DNA from: an uncultured Pseudomonadota bacterium | GTDB taxonomy: Bacteria > Oederibacteriota > Muellerivitia > Muellerivitales > Muellerivitaceae | NCBI GenBank assembly: GCA_963770835.1 | Contig: CAVYRH010000005.1 | Span: 320,001-384,000 of the forward strand | Direction of reading: 5' to 3' | Length of the DNA stretch: 64,000 bases | In this document: piece by piece, positions 29,397 through 38,546 of the stretch | How positions within the stretch are numbered: position 1 is the stretch's first letter | Layout of the letters: each line of letters starts with the position of its first letter | The notes under the pieces: model-generated | What the model was told of the DNA's origin: nothing | Database searches by the model: none | Seen by the model: only the letters and a program-made list of their open reading frames with translations | Position numbers and translations under genes: made by a program

Positions 29397-31562
29397 ATGC
29401 GCCAATCGCTATCCGCCACCCTCCTTTTCCTGGCCTTCCTAGTCGCTGTGGTTTCTCCAGTCCGGGCTGGCATTTCGTTCATCGACCTTTCCAAGGCCGC
29501 CAACATGGGTCCGGCCCAATCCTTCGATGAGGCCGTTCCGGGTGGGGAGGACCTCAAGGAGAAGGAAGGTTTTGCCAACATTCCGCAAGGACCTCAGACC
29601 TTGCGGGGCATCCCTTTTCTAATGCTGGAAACGGACGCCAACCAGGGCAACTCCTTTATTGCCTTGTATGGACGGCGGCACGGCATTTTTCCCCAGGCGG
29701 TAGCGATTAACGTCGGGGGCATCAAGGCCAAAAACCTTTATTTCCTCCATTCCTGCCGTTGGGGGGGAACGGCCTCCAACATCGCGGTGGCCGAATACGA
29801 CATTGTTTACGGGGACGGCCAAGTGGACGTCATCCCCCTGAAAGTAGGGGCGGAGCTGACGAATTTCACGGGTTCAGACGACACCCCCGAGAGTTACCTG
29901 GCCTGGTGGCACAAATACAAAAACATCGATATGGGCCTTAATTTGTTCGCATGGAAAAACCCCCAGCCGGACGTTCCCATCCAGACCATCCTCTTCAAAT
30001 CTATGAACAAAGCCCCGGTGCCCATGTTGTTCGCCATCACGGCTTCGGATATGGAAATCCCTATTTCTCCCACCTCGCCGAAACCGGAAAAAACCTTCCA
30101 GACCGACACCCGGGGCTGGTTTCCTTTCCAACCTTCGGACGCCTCCCCGGTGGGCACATCTATCGACATGAGCTTTCTCCTGGACGCGCCCGCCGGAAAG
30201 CACGGCGGTGTGACAACGGAGGGCGAGAAACTGGTTTTCGCGGACGGTACGGAGGCCCGCTTCTGGGGAACCCAGCTTTTGGGGGACTGGTGGAACCAAA
30301 CGGACGAACAATTGGCCGGGACCGCCGAACGGCTGGCGGCTTATGGTTGCAACCTCGTAATGTTCGACACGCTGCCCGATGGAGCCGGGGGACGGTTGCA
30401 GGATTTGTTGGCGGCCCTTAAACCCAGGGGAATTTACTTGGACCTGACCAGCTTGGTGAACCAAGAACTTCCGGACGGACTAGTAGCGGACCCGGCTGTT
30501 TTGAAGGATGGGGTGGATTGGACCATGACGGATGATTCTTTCAGCGCGGCCTCCCACAACCCCTCTGCCACCGGTGAGTTCCAGGACCTTCCCACGGTTT
30601 TAATGTCCAATATGCGCAATCCGTTGTTTTTGATCCTGGGCCGCCTGTTTGGAAGTCCCTATCGGGCTGGATGGAGCGAAGACTGGCCGAACGAATATTT
30701 GGGCGAGATCCCCCCCCTGATGGCCGCTTACGGATCCTTCGATGACTGGACTGCCTGTGTTGGAATGGGAATGGGTGGGACCCATTGGGGGGGCAGCCTC
30801 TCCCCGGCAGTGTCCCTTTACGATACGCCTCAACTTTTGATCCAATGGCCCGCTGCGGCCCTGGCCTTTTTGAGAAAAGACGTCAAACAAGGGCGATTTT
30901 ATGACCTGGAAAACGCCAAAGGAATGCTGGGTGACATGATCGGCGCGAATCAGGCCCCGGATATGGAAGACCTTCTGAAAGCTCTTGCCCATTGTTCCGG
31001 GGTCAACAAAAACGATCCTCGATTTAAGACCGATAGCGCGGGAACTTTAAAGGCGAAAATCAACCTCAAGCAGAAAAGCTTTGTTTCCGACACGGGCCAG
31101 ATCAGCTGGCAGGGAAACGTCGGGGTATTCCAAGTTTCCAGCCCGCGCTTTCAGGCGGCCGTTGGTTTCTTGGGGAACCGGAAACTGGTGAGCCCCGTTT
31201 GGCAAGTGGAGACCCCCAATTTCTTTGCGTCCCTATCCCTCGTTTCGCTGACCAAGACGAACCTTTGGGCTTCGGACCACATGCTTTTAACCGGGGTTAC
31301 GCGCATGGAAAACACCGGCCAGGTTTATAACGCGGCCAAGACGAAATTGATTTCCCTGGGGAAGGGTCCGATCCTTGTGGAACCTTTGCAGGCCAAGATC
31401 ACTCTTTTTCGTTATATGGCGGATCCCAAGCTCAGAATCCGTGCGTTGGATGCGAACGGTCAAAGCCTCCAAACAAAAGTTCACGTAAAATGGGTAAAAA
31501 ACAATCTGGTCTTTTCATGGGTTCCGGGAGCCTTTTACTTGGAAATATTTAATATCAAATAA
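29397..31562 (+). CDS. Secreted carbohydrate-active-like protein (beta-sandwich plus glycoside-hydrolase-like region)
   Basis: Signal peptide; LLDAPAGKHG..DGTEARFWG..LAAYGCNLV..GIYLDL; C-terminal TRMENTGQ..GPILVEP. Confidence 0.55.
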   Translation: MRQSLSATLLFLAFLVAVVSPVRAGISFIDLSKAANMGPAQSFDEAVPGGEDLKEKEGFANIPQGPQTLRGIPFLMLETDANQGNSFIALYGRRHGIFPQAVAINVGGIKAKNLYFLHSCRWGGTASNIAVAEYDIVYGDGQVDVIPLKVGAELTNFTGSDDTPESYLAWWHKYKNIDMGLNLFAWKNPQPDVPIQTILFKSMNKAPVPMLFAITASDMEIPISPTSPKPEKTFQTDTRGWFPFQPSDASPVGTSIDMSFLLDAPAGKHGGVTTEGEKLVFADGTEARFWGTQLLGDWWNQTDEQLAGTAERLAAYGCNLVMFDTLPDGAGGRLQDLLAALKPRGIYLDLTSLVNQELPDGLVADPAVLKDGVDWTMTDDSFSAASHNPSATGEFQDLPTVLMSNMRNPLFLILGRLFGSPYRAGWSEDWPNEYLGEIPPLMAAYGSFDDWTACVGMGMGGTHWGGSLSPAVSLYDTPQLLIQWPAAALAFLRKDVKQGRFYDLENAKGMLGDMIGANQAPDMEDLLKALAHCSGVNKNDPRFKTDSAGTLKAKINLKQKSFVSDTGQISWQGNVGVFQVSSPRFQAAVGFLGNRKLVSPVWQVETPNFFASLSLVSLTKTNLWASDHMLLTGVTRMENTGQVYNAAKTKLISLGKGPILVEPLQAKITLFRYMADPKLRIRALDANGQSLQTKVHVKWVKNNLVFSWVPGAFYLEIFNIK

Positions 31563-31685
31563 AAGTGAATATTGGGTCATGCTATTTATCTGGAAACGCT
31601 TGCATGTATATTTTTCATACCAAAATCAAATCGATTTAACATCCCAGTTTGATTAAGGTATCATCTGTTTACCGTTTTATCTTCA

Positions 31686-32078
31686 ATGGAAAACGCAGCA
31701 ACCCGTCGAGGCAAAAAGATGAACCAGCCTTTTAATCCCAAACCTGAGCGGCGCAAGCATCCGAGGGCCAAATTCCAGGAAACTGTCGTAATCCACAATG
31801 TCGTGGAATCGAAATCAGGGAACGTTTTTGAGGTTCAAGGCACCCCCCTCATGGCAAAGGCCCAGGATGTCAGTGAAGGCGGTATCCGGTTAGAAATCGG
31901 AAACACGACGACCCTGAACAGGATCTTCAAACTGAATTTTCAAGTCCAAAAAGACAAGTCGGTGGACGTTTATTCCAAGCTGGCTTGGGCCAGTGAGGGC
32001 ATATTAGGCCTTCAATTCATCGTGGCGGACGAGGAAATCCGCCGGATGATCCGCGGTTTCGTGGAGAAAAGCAGGTAG
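31686..32078 (+). CDS. PilZ-domain (c-di-GMP binding) protein; start may be 31719
   Basis: RRKHPR (RxxxR) and DVSEGG motifs. Confidence 0.85.
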   Translation: MENAATRRGKKMNQPFNPKPERRKHPRAKFQETVVIHNVVESKSGNVFEVQGTPLMAKAQDVSEGGIRLEIGNTTTLNRIFKLNFQVQKDKSVDVYSKLAWASEGILGLQFIVADEEIRRMIRGFVEKSR

Positions 32079-32112
32079 CTTTTAACCTGTGTTTATAAGA
32101 CAATTCCGAATC

Positions 32113-32148
32113 CCGCTCCCCGCAAGGAGGGCGGAATTTTTTATTTTT
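32113..32148 (+). terminator. Putative Rho-independent terminator
   Basis: CCGCTCCCC-GCAA-GGAGGGCGG then T-rich run. Confidence 0.5.
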
Positions 32149-32174
32149 ACTACAAAATTTCTAAAAATTTTATT

Positions 32175-32329
32175 GCTGTCATTGCGAGCCTCGAATTTTG
32201 AGGCGAAGCAAACTAAGTTTATGGGCGGTTTTGTCCGTGCTTATGTATTCTTTGTAACGGCATATTTAAACTGTGGTTGCTTCGTCATAGGCGACCGCCT
32301 ATTCGGCGGTCATTCCTCGCAATGACAGC
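32175..32329. repeat. GTCATTGCGAG-type palindromic intergenic element
   Basis: 14-bp perfect IR GCTGTCATTGCGAG / CTCGCAATGACAGC; inner CGAAGCAA / TTGCTTCG. Confidence 0.75.
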
Positions 32330-32353
32330 TATTTTTGATTTAATGGATTCTCA

Positions 32354-34558
32354 ATGAAACGCACCTACCGGGATCTAAACGAAGAACAACGTGAAGCGGT
32401 TGTCCACAACGCCGGCCCAGCCCTGATTTTGGCGGGGGCGGGTTCGGGCAAGACCCGTGTCATCACTTATCGCATCCTCCGCCTTATGGAGGAAATGAAG
32501 GTCCCTTCCTTCCGGATCCTGGCGGTCACCTTTACCAACAAGGCGGCCCAGGAGATGAAGGACCGAGTGGCCAACCTGGCGGGCCACCAGCAGGCGAGGG
32601 AAGTTTTCATCGGCACTTTTCACCGCCTTTGCCTCCAAATCCTGAAGCTCCACGCGGAGAAGCTGGGTTACCAGCCAGGGTTCACCATTTACGACGACTC
32701 CGACCAGAAGGCGCTCATCAAGGAATGCCTCTGGGACCTCAAATGGGACGAGAAGCAAGTCCATCCTTATGCGGTGCATTCCCATATCAGCGCGGCCAAG
32801 AATGAGTTGAAGAATCCCAAGGAGTACGAGGAACTGGTGGCGGGTGTTTTCCAAGAACGGGTGGCCCAGCTTTACCCCCGATACCAGCAGAAGCTTAAAG
32901 AAAACAACGCCATGGATTTCGACGACCTGTTGTTCAACGCCGTCCTCCTCATGAAACAAAACCCCGATATCCTGGAAGGCTACCGGAAGCGCTTCGAGTA
33001 CATCCAGGTGGATGAGTACCAGGACATCAACACGGCCCAATACCAGCTCATCTCCTCCATCGCCCATCCCCTGAACAACCTCTACGTCGTGGGGGACCCG
33101 GACCAGTCCATTTACGGCTGGCGGGGAGCGGATATCCGCAACATCCTGCGTTTCGAGCACGACTTTCCAGGCGCCCGTATTTTCAAACTCCAGCAGAATT
33201 ACCGCTCCACGAAGTCCATTATCCAGGCCGCCCAGGCGGTCATCCGCAACAACTCCCAGCGCAAGGAAAAGGAACTTTTTTCATTGCGGGAAATGGGGGA
33301 GACACCCACCTATTACCAGGCGGAGGACGATAAGGACGAGGCGGAATTCGTGGTGAAAACCCTATATGAGCGGCTGGCCCAACCGGGCCGGTCCTTCCGG
33401 CACGTGGCCATTCTTTACCGCACGAACGCCCAGTCGCGCGTATTGGAAGACTCCTGCCGCAGGCACAATATTCCCTACATCATTGTGGGTGGGCTGAAAT
33501 TCTACGACCGCAAGGAAGTAAAGGACCTGCTGGCTTACCTGCACGTGCTGGTAAACCCCAAGGATTCGGTGTCCCTGCGCCGCATGATCAATACCCCCAT
33601 CCGGGGCATCGGCAGCGGCACGGTGGCCAAGCTGGAGGAAAGTGCTAAGGGGCAGGACCTCACCTTGTTGGAAGCGGCCCGGCAAGCTTCCCAGAACGGC
33701 GAATTCCCTAAAAAAGCCACCCAAGCCCTGGCCAACTTCGTGGCCATGATGGACAGCCTCATCGCCGAGAGGGATTTGATTGCCCCCTCCGAGTTCGTGA
33801 AGCATGTGTTGGAAAGGTCGGGTTACCTGACCGATTTGGCAACGGAAGACACCTTGGAAGCCAAGATGCGGGCCGAGAACCTGAAGGAACTGGTGAATTC
33901 CGTGGTGGATTACCAGAAGAGCGCCGAAAAACCGACCCTGGAGGGCTACTTGGACCAGGTTTCACTCGTTGCCGATATAGACAAGCTGGAGGATAAGAGG
34001 AACTGCGTGACCCTCATGACCATGCATAACGCCAAGGGCCTGGAATTCCCAATCGTTTTCATCACCGGCATGGAGGAGGGGCTGTTTCCGCATAAAAATT
34101 CTATGGAAGAGGACAACCAAGTCCAGGAGGAGCGACGCCTCTGTTATGTGGGAATGACCCGGGCCATGGACATACTCTATCTTACAGGCGCTTCCTCCCG
34201 CATGGTCTATGGCACCCTTCAGTGGCGGACTCCCTCCCGGTTTCTTTCTGAAATCCCGAAGGAAATGATCCAGACGACCGGCAAGGCGGCAAATATTGTT
34301 GCTACTGAGGGAGGACTTTACGAGGTCAAGGACGTCAAAAAGAAGGAGTTCGACGAGCTCAAGGACCCCGAATGGGACGATGAACCGGTGATGGTTCCCT
34401 ATGGATTGAAAGATACTGTTCGGCACAAGATGTACGGGAAGGGAATAGTATTGGGCTTTATCGGATCCGGGGATAGCCTAAAGGTGACGGTTTCTTTCCC
34501 CAATCACGGCAAGAAAGACATTTTTGTTAATATGAATAAACTGGAGAAGGTCGAATAA
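32354..34558 (+). CDS. pcrA: ATP-dependent DNA helicase PcrA/UvrD
   Basis: AGAGSGKTRV, TFTNKAA, VDEYQD, GDPDQSIYGWRGA, QNYRST, EERRLCYVGMTRA. Confidence 0.93.
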   Translation: MKRTYRDLNEEQREAVVHNAGPALILAGAGSGKTRVITYRILRLMEEMKVPSFRILAVTFTNKAAQEMKDRVANLAGHQQAREVFIGTFHRLCLQILKLHAEKLGYQPGFTIYDDSDQKALIKECLWDLKWDEKQVHPYAVHSHISAAKNELKNPKEYEELVAGVFQERVAQLYPRYQQKLKENNAMDFDDLLFNAVLLMKQNPDILEGYRKRFEYIQVDEYQDINTAQYQLISSIAHPLNNLYVVGDPDQSIYGWRGADIRNILRFEHDFPGARIFKLQQNYRSTKSIIQAAQAVIRNNSQRKEKELFSLREMGETPTYYQAEDDKDEAEFVVKTLYERLAQPGRSFRHVAILYRTNAQSRVLEDSCRRHNIPYIIVGGLKFYDRKEVKDLLAYLHVLVNPKDSVSLRRMINTPIRGIGSGTVAKLEESAKGQDLTLLEAARQASQNGEFPKKATQALANFVAMMDSLIAERDLIAPSEFVKHVLERSGYLTDLATEDTLEAKMRAENLKELVNSVVDYQKSAEKPTLEGYLDQVSLVADIDKLEDKRNCVTLMTMHNAKGLEFPIVFITGMEEGLFPHKNSMEEDNQVQEERRLCYVGMTRAMDILYLTGASSRMVYGTLQWRTPSRFLSEIPKEMIQTTGKAANIVATEGGLYEVKDVKKKEFDELKDPEWDDEPVMVPYGLKDTVRHKMYGKGIVLGFIGSGDSLKVTVSFPNHGKKDIFVNMNKLEKVE

Positions 34559-34575
34559 TTTCGAGGAGGGTTTGA

Positions 34576-35283
34576 ATGACGAAGCTTATTGAAAACACGG
34601 TCCAACTTAAGGTTTCCGACGGTACCGAAATGCAAGCATTCGTGGCCAAGCCGGAGGGGCCTTCCAAATCCGGAGTCCTGGTGTTCCAGGAAGCTTTCGG
34701 CGTAAACGTGCATATCCAGGAAGTGACGCGGCGATTGGCCCGGGAAGGCTACTTAGCCGTAGCCCCCGAGCTTTTCCACCGCACCCTGCCGCCGGGCGGC
34801 ACACTACCCTATCCAACTAACAACGATTGGTCCTACATCATGCCCCATTTCAACGCCATCACCCGGGAAGGTTCCCTGGCGGATTACCAAGCCGCCTTTG
34901 ATTGGTTGAAGGGTGAACTGAAGTCCGACAAGATCGGTTGCGTCGGTTTTTGCTTGGGTGGATACTCCTCCTTCACCGCCAACAGCCGCCTTCCCCTGAG
35001 GGCCGCGGTTTCCTTTTACGGCAGCCGCATCATGCAAAGCTTCGACTTGGCGCCGGAGCAAAAGGCGCCCCTTCTCCTCATCTGGGGTGGTAAAGACCAA
35101 AGCTCCACGCCGGAAAAACTGACGGAACTCGCCACAGCCTTAGAGGGAAAGAACTATGTCCAGGCCGTCTTTTCCGAGGCCGGACACGCCTTTAATTGCG
35201 ACGACCGGCCGGCTTATCATGCCGCTTCCGCCGCCACGGCCTGGGCCATGACTTTGGGGTTCTTCAAGCACCACTTGGCTTAA
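34576..35283 (+). CDS. Dienelactone hydrolase family protein
   Basis: QEAFGVN, GFCLGG, AGHAFNCDDR. Confidence 0.9.
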   Translation: MTKLIENTVQLKVSDGTEMQAFVAKPEGPSKSGVLVFQEAFGVNVHIQEVTRRLAREGYLAVAPELFHRTLPPGGTLPYPTNNDWSYIMPHFNAITREGSLADYQAAFDWLKGELKSDKIGCVGFCLGGYSSFTANSRLPLRAAVSFYGSRIMQSFDLAPEQKAPLLLIWGGKDQSSTPEKLTELATALEGKNYVQAVFSEAGHAFNCDDRPAYHAASAATAWAMTLGFFKHHLA

Positions 35284-35289
35284 CAGGAT

Positions 35290-35431
35290 GTAACCCTGAA
35301 AAAGGGTTTTGTAGGGGCGGCCCTCTGTGGCCGCCCGGCATAAAACCGTTGAAAACAAAGGCTGAGCGATCACGATGGATCGCCCCTACAACTGCTAGAC
35401 CACAAATCGAATCAAGTTTTTCAGAGGTAAC
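35290..35431. mobile_element. MITE-like element with IS5-like ends enclosing an inverted GTAG-REP pair
   Basis: Ends GTAACCCTGAAAAA / TTTTTCAGAGGTAAC; 5-bp duplication AGGAT (35285-35289, 35432-35436); inner GTAGGGGCGGCC..GGCCGCCC and GATCGCCCCTAC. Confidence 0.75.
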
Positions 35432-35455
35432 AGGATGCTAAAAAGTTCAAAAGAT

Positions 35456-36568
35456 TTACGGGTTTAAGAGGTTTAACTGGGCGGTGCCGTCCAGGGACAT
35501 CTGGACCTGGATGCCGTCCCGGTCCACAAAAGCATCCAGGACCCGGAACGAATCCACTTGGGTCACGAGACGGCTGTATTCCCCCACCGGGCGGGTCAAG
35601 ACGGCGTTCATCCGTTCCCTCAATTGGTTCAGTTTCCCGCCGATAGGGATGTGGGCCTTCTTACGAAGGGCATTGAGGATGTCGGACTTCAAGATCCAAC
35701 TGGCTACCTGCATGAGAAGGTCCCCGGTTTTCACGTCGAAATCCAAGTGCCTCAAGTAAAACATTTCCTCCGCCGCATTGTATTGCGGGACACCCCGGAA
35801 ATAAATCGTCATTTGGGAAGGGCGTCCCCCGAGGTTGATGAACGGGTAGTACTCGATCCGGGTCTCGGCGATCACCTGCCCGGCCGCGCCGTAGAGTCTT
35901 ACCCCCTTCACCCGCAAGTGGTAACTACCCGTCCCCCGGATGGGATAATTCACCAGGCCGCTTTTAGGATCGGCAAGGATGCGGTTGGCTTCCGCGAAGC
36001 TGATGGAAGTATTTCCGACGGCGTGGAACCCGGTGGAGCCGGGTTTGTAGGGCCGCAAGGGTGGAAGTACTTTCTTGACCAAGGCGGGTTTTTCCCCGAA
36101 CGTTAAAATGGGGTAAGCCGTCATTTCAAGGACCATGTTCCAAAACAGGGGATTATGTTTATCGGTTTGGGCTAGACCGCTGCTCAGGGCTTCGGGCCGG
36201 ATCAACAGCCAAATATTCTTGTCAATGAAGATGGGTTCCTGCATGGCGTCCCAAAGCTTGGTGATGCTTTCCAGCCCTGAAACTTCCATCACTGGAGGGG
36301 TAAGCCAGTGAAAGTCCCCGGGCTTTTGAACAGCGCTTCCTATTTTGTGGATCTCATGATCCACCCATAGGGTCAAATCCTTGGGGATTGAGCTTATTTT
36401 CGGCAACTTCACCGGAAGGCGGATGATGGCGGGCGGAGGAGGGCTAAAGGTGCGGGCTGCCGAGTCTGAAGGGGAGATGTAAAGGGACGATGCGGTGGTG
36501 GCACAACCCGAGAGTGCCAGTTCCAAGGCTGACAAAAGGGCGAAAAGAGAAAATCGTTGCGATAGCAT
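35456..36568 (-). CDS. DUF4403-like lipoprotein
   Basis: Lipobox LALSGC; WDAMQEPI..WLLIRPE; IYFRGVPQY..LDFDVKT. Confidence 0.65.
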   Translation of the reverse strand: MLSQRFSLFALLSALELALSGCATTASSLYISPSDSAARTFSPPPPAIIRLPVKLPKISSIPKDLTLWVDHEIHKIGSAVQKPGDFHWLTPPVMEVSGLESITKLWDAMQEPIFIDKNIWLLIRPEALSSGLAQTDKHNPLFWNMVLEMTAYPILTFGEKPALVKKVLPPLRPYKPGSTGFHAVGNTSISFAEANRILADPKSGLVNYPIRGTGSYHLRVKGVRLYGAAGQVIAETRIEYYPFINLGGRPSQMTIYFRGVPQYNAAEEMFYLRHLDFDVKTGDLLMQVASWILKSDILNALRKKAHIPIGGKLNQLRERMNAVLTRPVGEYSRLVTQVDSFRVLDAFVDRDGIQVQMSLDGTAQLNLLNP

Positions 36569-36673
36569 GCCTTTAATATAAAACAGCCCGGGTCCGGTAT
36601 TGGCCGAAAATATTGAGCTTTTGGGGTTCTTCTGGCAAGATAAGCGGCCCCAACTAATTAGGAGAAATGAACA

Positions 36674-36958
36674 ATGGCCCTATCCGAAAAAGACGTCCAA
36701 TACGTCGCCAAGCTGGCCCGCCTGGAAGTCACCGACCAGGAAGTGGCCAAATACACCCAACAATTGGCGAATATCCTCGAGTATGTCGAGCAGTTGAACA
36801 AGCTCGACACTTCCAACGTGGAGCCCTTGACCCACCCCCTGGACGTGAAGAACGTCTTCCGCCCGGATGAGCTGGTGCCGTCGCTGACCCAGGCGGAAGT
36901 GCTGTCCAATGGGCCTGAGGTCCAGTCGGGTCATTTTAAAGTTCCCAAGATCATGTGA
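36674..36958 (+). CDS. gatC: Asp/Glu-tRNA amidotransferase subunit C
   Basis: VAKLARL, LDTSNVEP, FKVPKI. Confidence 0.95.
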   Translation: MALSEKDVQYVAKLARLEVTDQEVAKYTQQLANILEYVEQLNKLDTSNVEPLTHPLDVKNVFRPDELVPSLTQAEVLSNGPEVQSGHFKVPKIM

Positions 36959-36964
36959 TTTGAA

Positions 36965-38437
36965 ATGAAAAACGAACTACTCGAAAAAACCATCCACGAA
37001 GTCTCGTCAGACCTTAAGGCCAAAAAGGTCTCCGCAGTCGAACTGACCAAATCCGCGATGGATTACCTGGAAGAAATCGAGCCCAAAGTCCAATCCTTCA
37101 TCACCATCACCCGGGACGAGGCATTGAAACAGGCTGCTGAAGCCGACAAACGCCTGGCTTCCGGCAAGGATATTCCCCCCCTTACCGGCGTGCCTATCGC
37201 CATCAAAGACTTGCTTTGCACCAAGGGCATCCGCACTACCTGCGCCTCCCGGATGCTGGAAACCTTCAAACCACCCTATAACGCCACGGTGGTGGAGAAG
37301 CTTTATGGGGCGGGGGCCGTTTCCGTCGGCAAAACCAACATGGACGAATTCGCCATGGGCTCCTCTACCGAGACTTCCTTTTACAAAAAGACAAGAAACC
37401 CCTGGAACCTCAACTGCGTCCCGGGAGGCTCCTCCGGCGGTTCGGCGGCTTGCGTTTCCGCCGACCAGGCTTTCGCCTCCTTGGGGTCCGACACCGGCGG
37501 TTCCATCCGCCAGCCGGCCGCCCTTTGCGGAATCGTTGGATTAAAGCCTACCTATGGCCGGGTTTCGCGCTATGGCCTGATCGCTTTCGCCTCCTCCCTG
37601 GACCAGGTGGGTCCCTTTGGCAAGGACGTCGAGGATTGCGCCCTCATGTTGGGGGTCATCGCGGGCCACGACGCCAAGGATTCCACCTCCGCCGACCTGC
37701 CGGTACCTGATTACGTGGCCGAGGCGAAGAAGGGCGTCAAAGGCTTGAAGATCGGTTTGCCCAAGGAATTTTTCCCCGAGGGGTTGAACCGCGAAGTGTC
37801 GGTGGCGGTGAAAGACGCCATTGCCAAATTACAAAGCCTGGGCGCGGAAGTGATGGAAGTCTCCCTGCCTTCGTCCCCTTACGGATTGGCGGCTTATTAC
37901 GTCTTAGCCCCCTCGGAAGCCTCTTCCAACCTGGCCCGTTACGATGGCGTCCGTTATGGCTTGAGGGAACCGGGCGAAAACATAATGGAAATGTATTCCA
38001 AGACCCGCGCTGCGGGGTTTGGCTCCGAAGTCAAGCGCCGCATCATGTTGGGCACTTACGCGCTTTCGTCCGGTTACTACGACGCCTACTACTTGAAGGC
38101 CCTCAAAGTACGACGCCTGATCAAGCAGGACTACGATAAGGCTTTCGAAAAGGTGGATGTCATTGCCACCCCCACAGCCCCCAACCCGGCTTTCCGGTTC
38201 GGGGAAAAGACCGGAGATCCCCTTTCCATGTACCTGGAGGACGTCTTCACAGTCTCCATCAATATTACCGGCCTCCCGGGGTTGTCGGTACCATGCGGAA
38301 TGTCCAAGAGCGGGCTCCCCATTGGGTTGCAGTTAATCGGCAAGGCCTTTGACGAAGCCACGCTATTACGCGCGGCTTATGCTTACGAGCAGGCCACACC
38401 CTGGCATAAACAAAAGCCGTCGTTGAAAGAGGATTAA
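36965..38437 (+). CDS. gatA: Asp/Glu-tRNA amidotransferase subunit A
   Basis: [51 protein letters not shown]. Confidence 0.97.
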   Translation: MKNELLEKTIHEVSSDLKAKKVSAVELTKSAMDYLEEIEPKVQSFITITRDEALKQAAEADKRLASGKDIPPLTGVPIAIKDLLCTKGIRTTCASRMLETFKPPYNATVVEKLYGAGAVSVGKTNMDEFAMGSSTETSFYKKTRNPWNLNCVPGGSSGGSAACVSADQAFASLGSDTGGSIRQPAALCGIVGLKPTYGRVSRYGLIAFASSLDQVGPFGKDVEDCALMLGVIAGHDAKDSTSADLPVPDYVAEAKKGVKGLKIGLPKEFFPEGLNREVSVAVKDAIAKLQSLGAEVMEVSLPSSPYGLAAYYVLAPSEASSNLARYDGVRYGLREPGENIMEMYSKTRAAGFGSEVKRRIMLGTYALSSGYYDAYYLKALKVRRLIKQDYDKAFEKVDVIATPTAPNPAFRFGEKTGDPLSMYLEDVFTVSINITGLPGLSVPCGMSKSGLPIGLQLIGKAFDEATLLRAAYAYEQATPWHKQKPSLKED

Positions 38438-38493
38438 ATGGCGACCGCACCGACGCAAAACAGCGTCGGCGCCATGAAAATGATGATTATTTA

Positions 38494-38526
38494 TCCATTC
38501 TTGAATAAGAATTATTCAAGAATGGA
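38494..38526. repeat. Perfect 15-bp inverted repeat between gatA and gatB
   Basis: TCCATTCTTGAATAA-gaa-TTATTCAAGAATGGA. Confidence 0.7.
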
Positions 38527-38546
38527 AAGACATTTGGAGAATTTCC

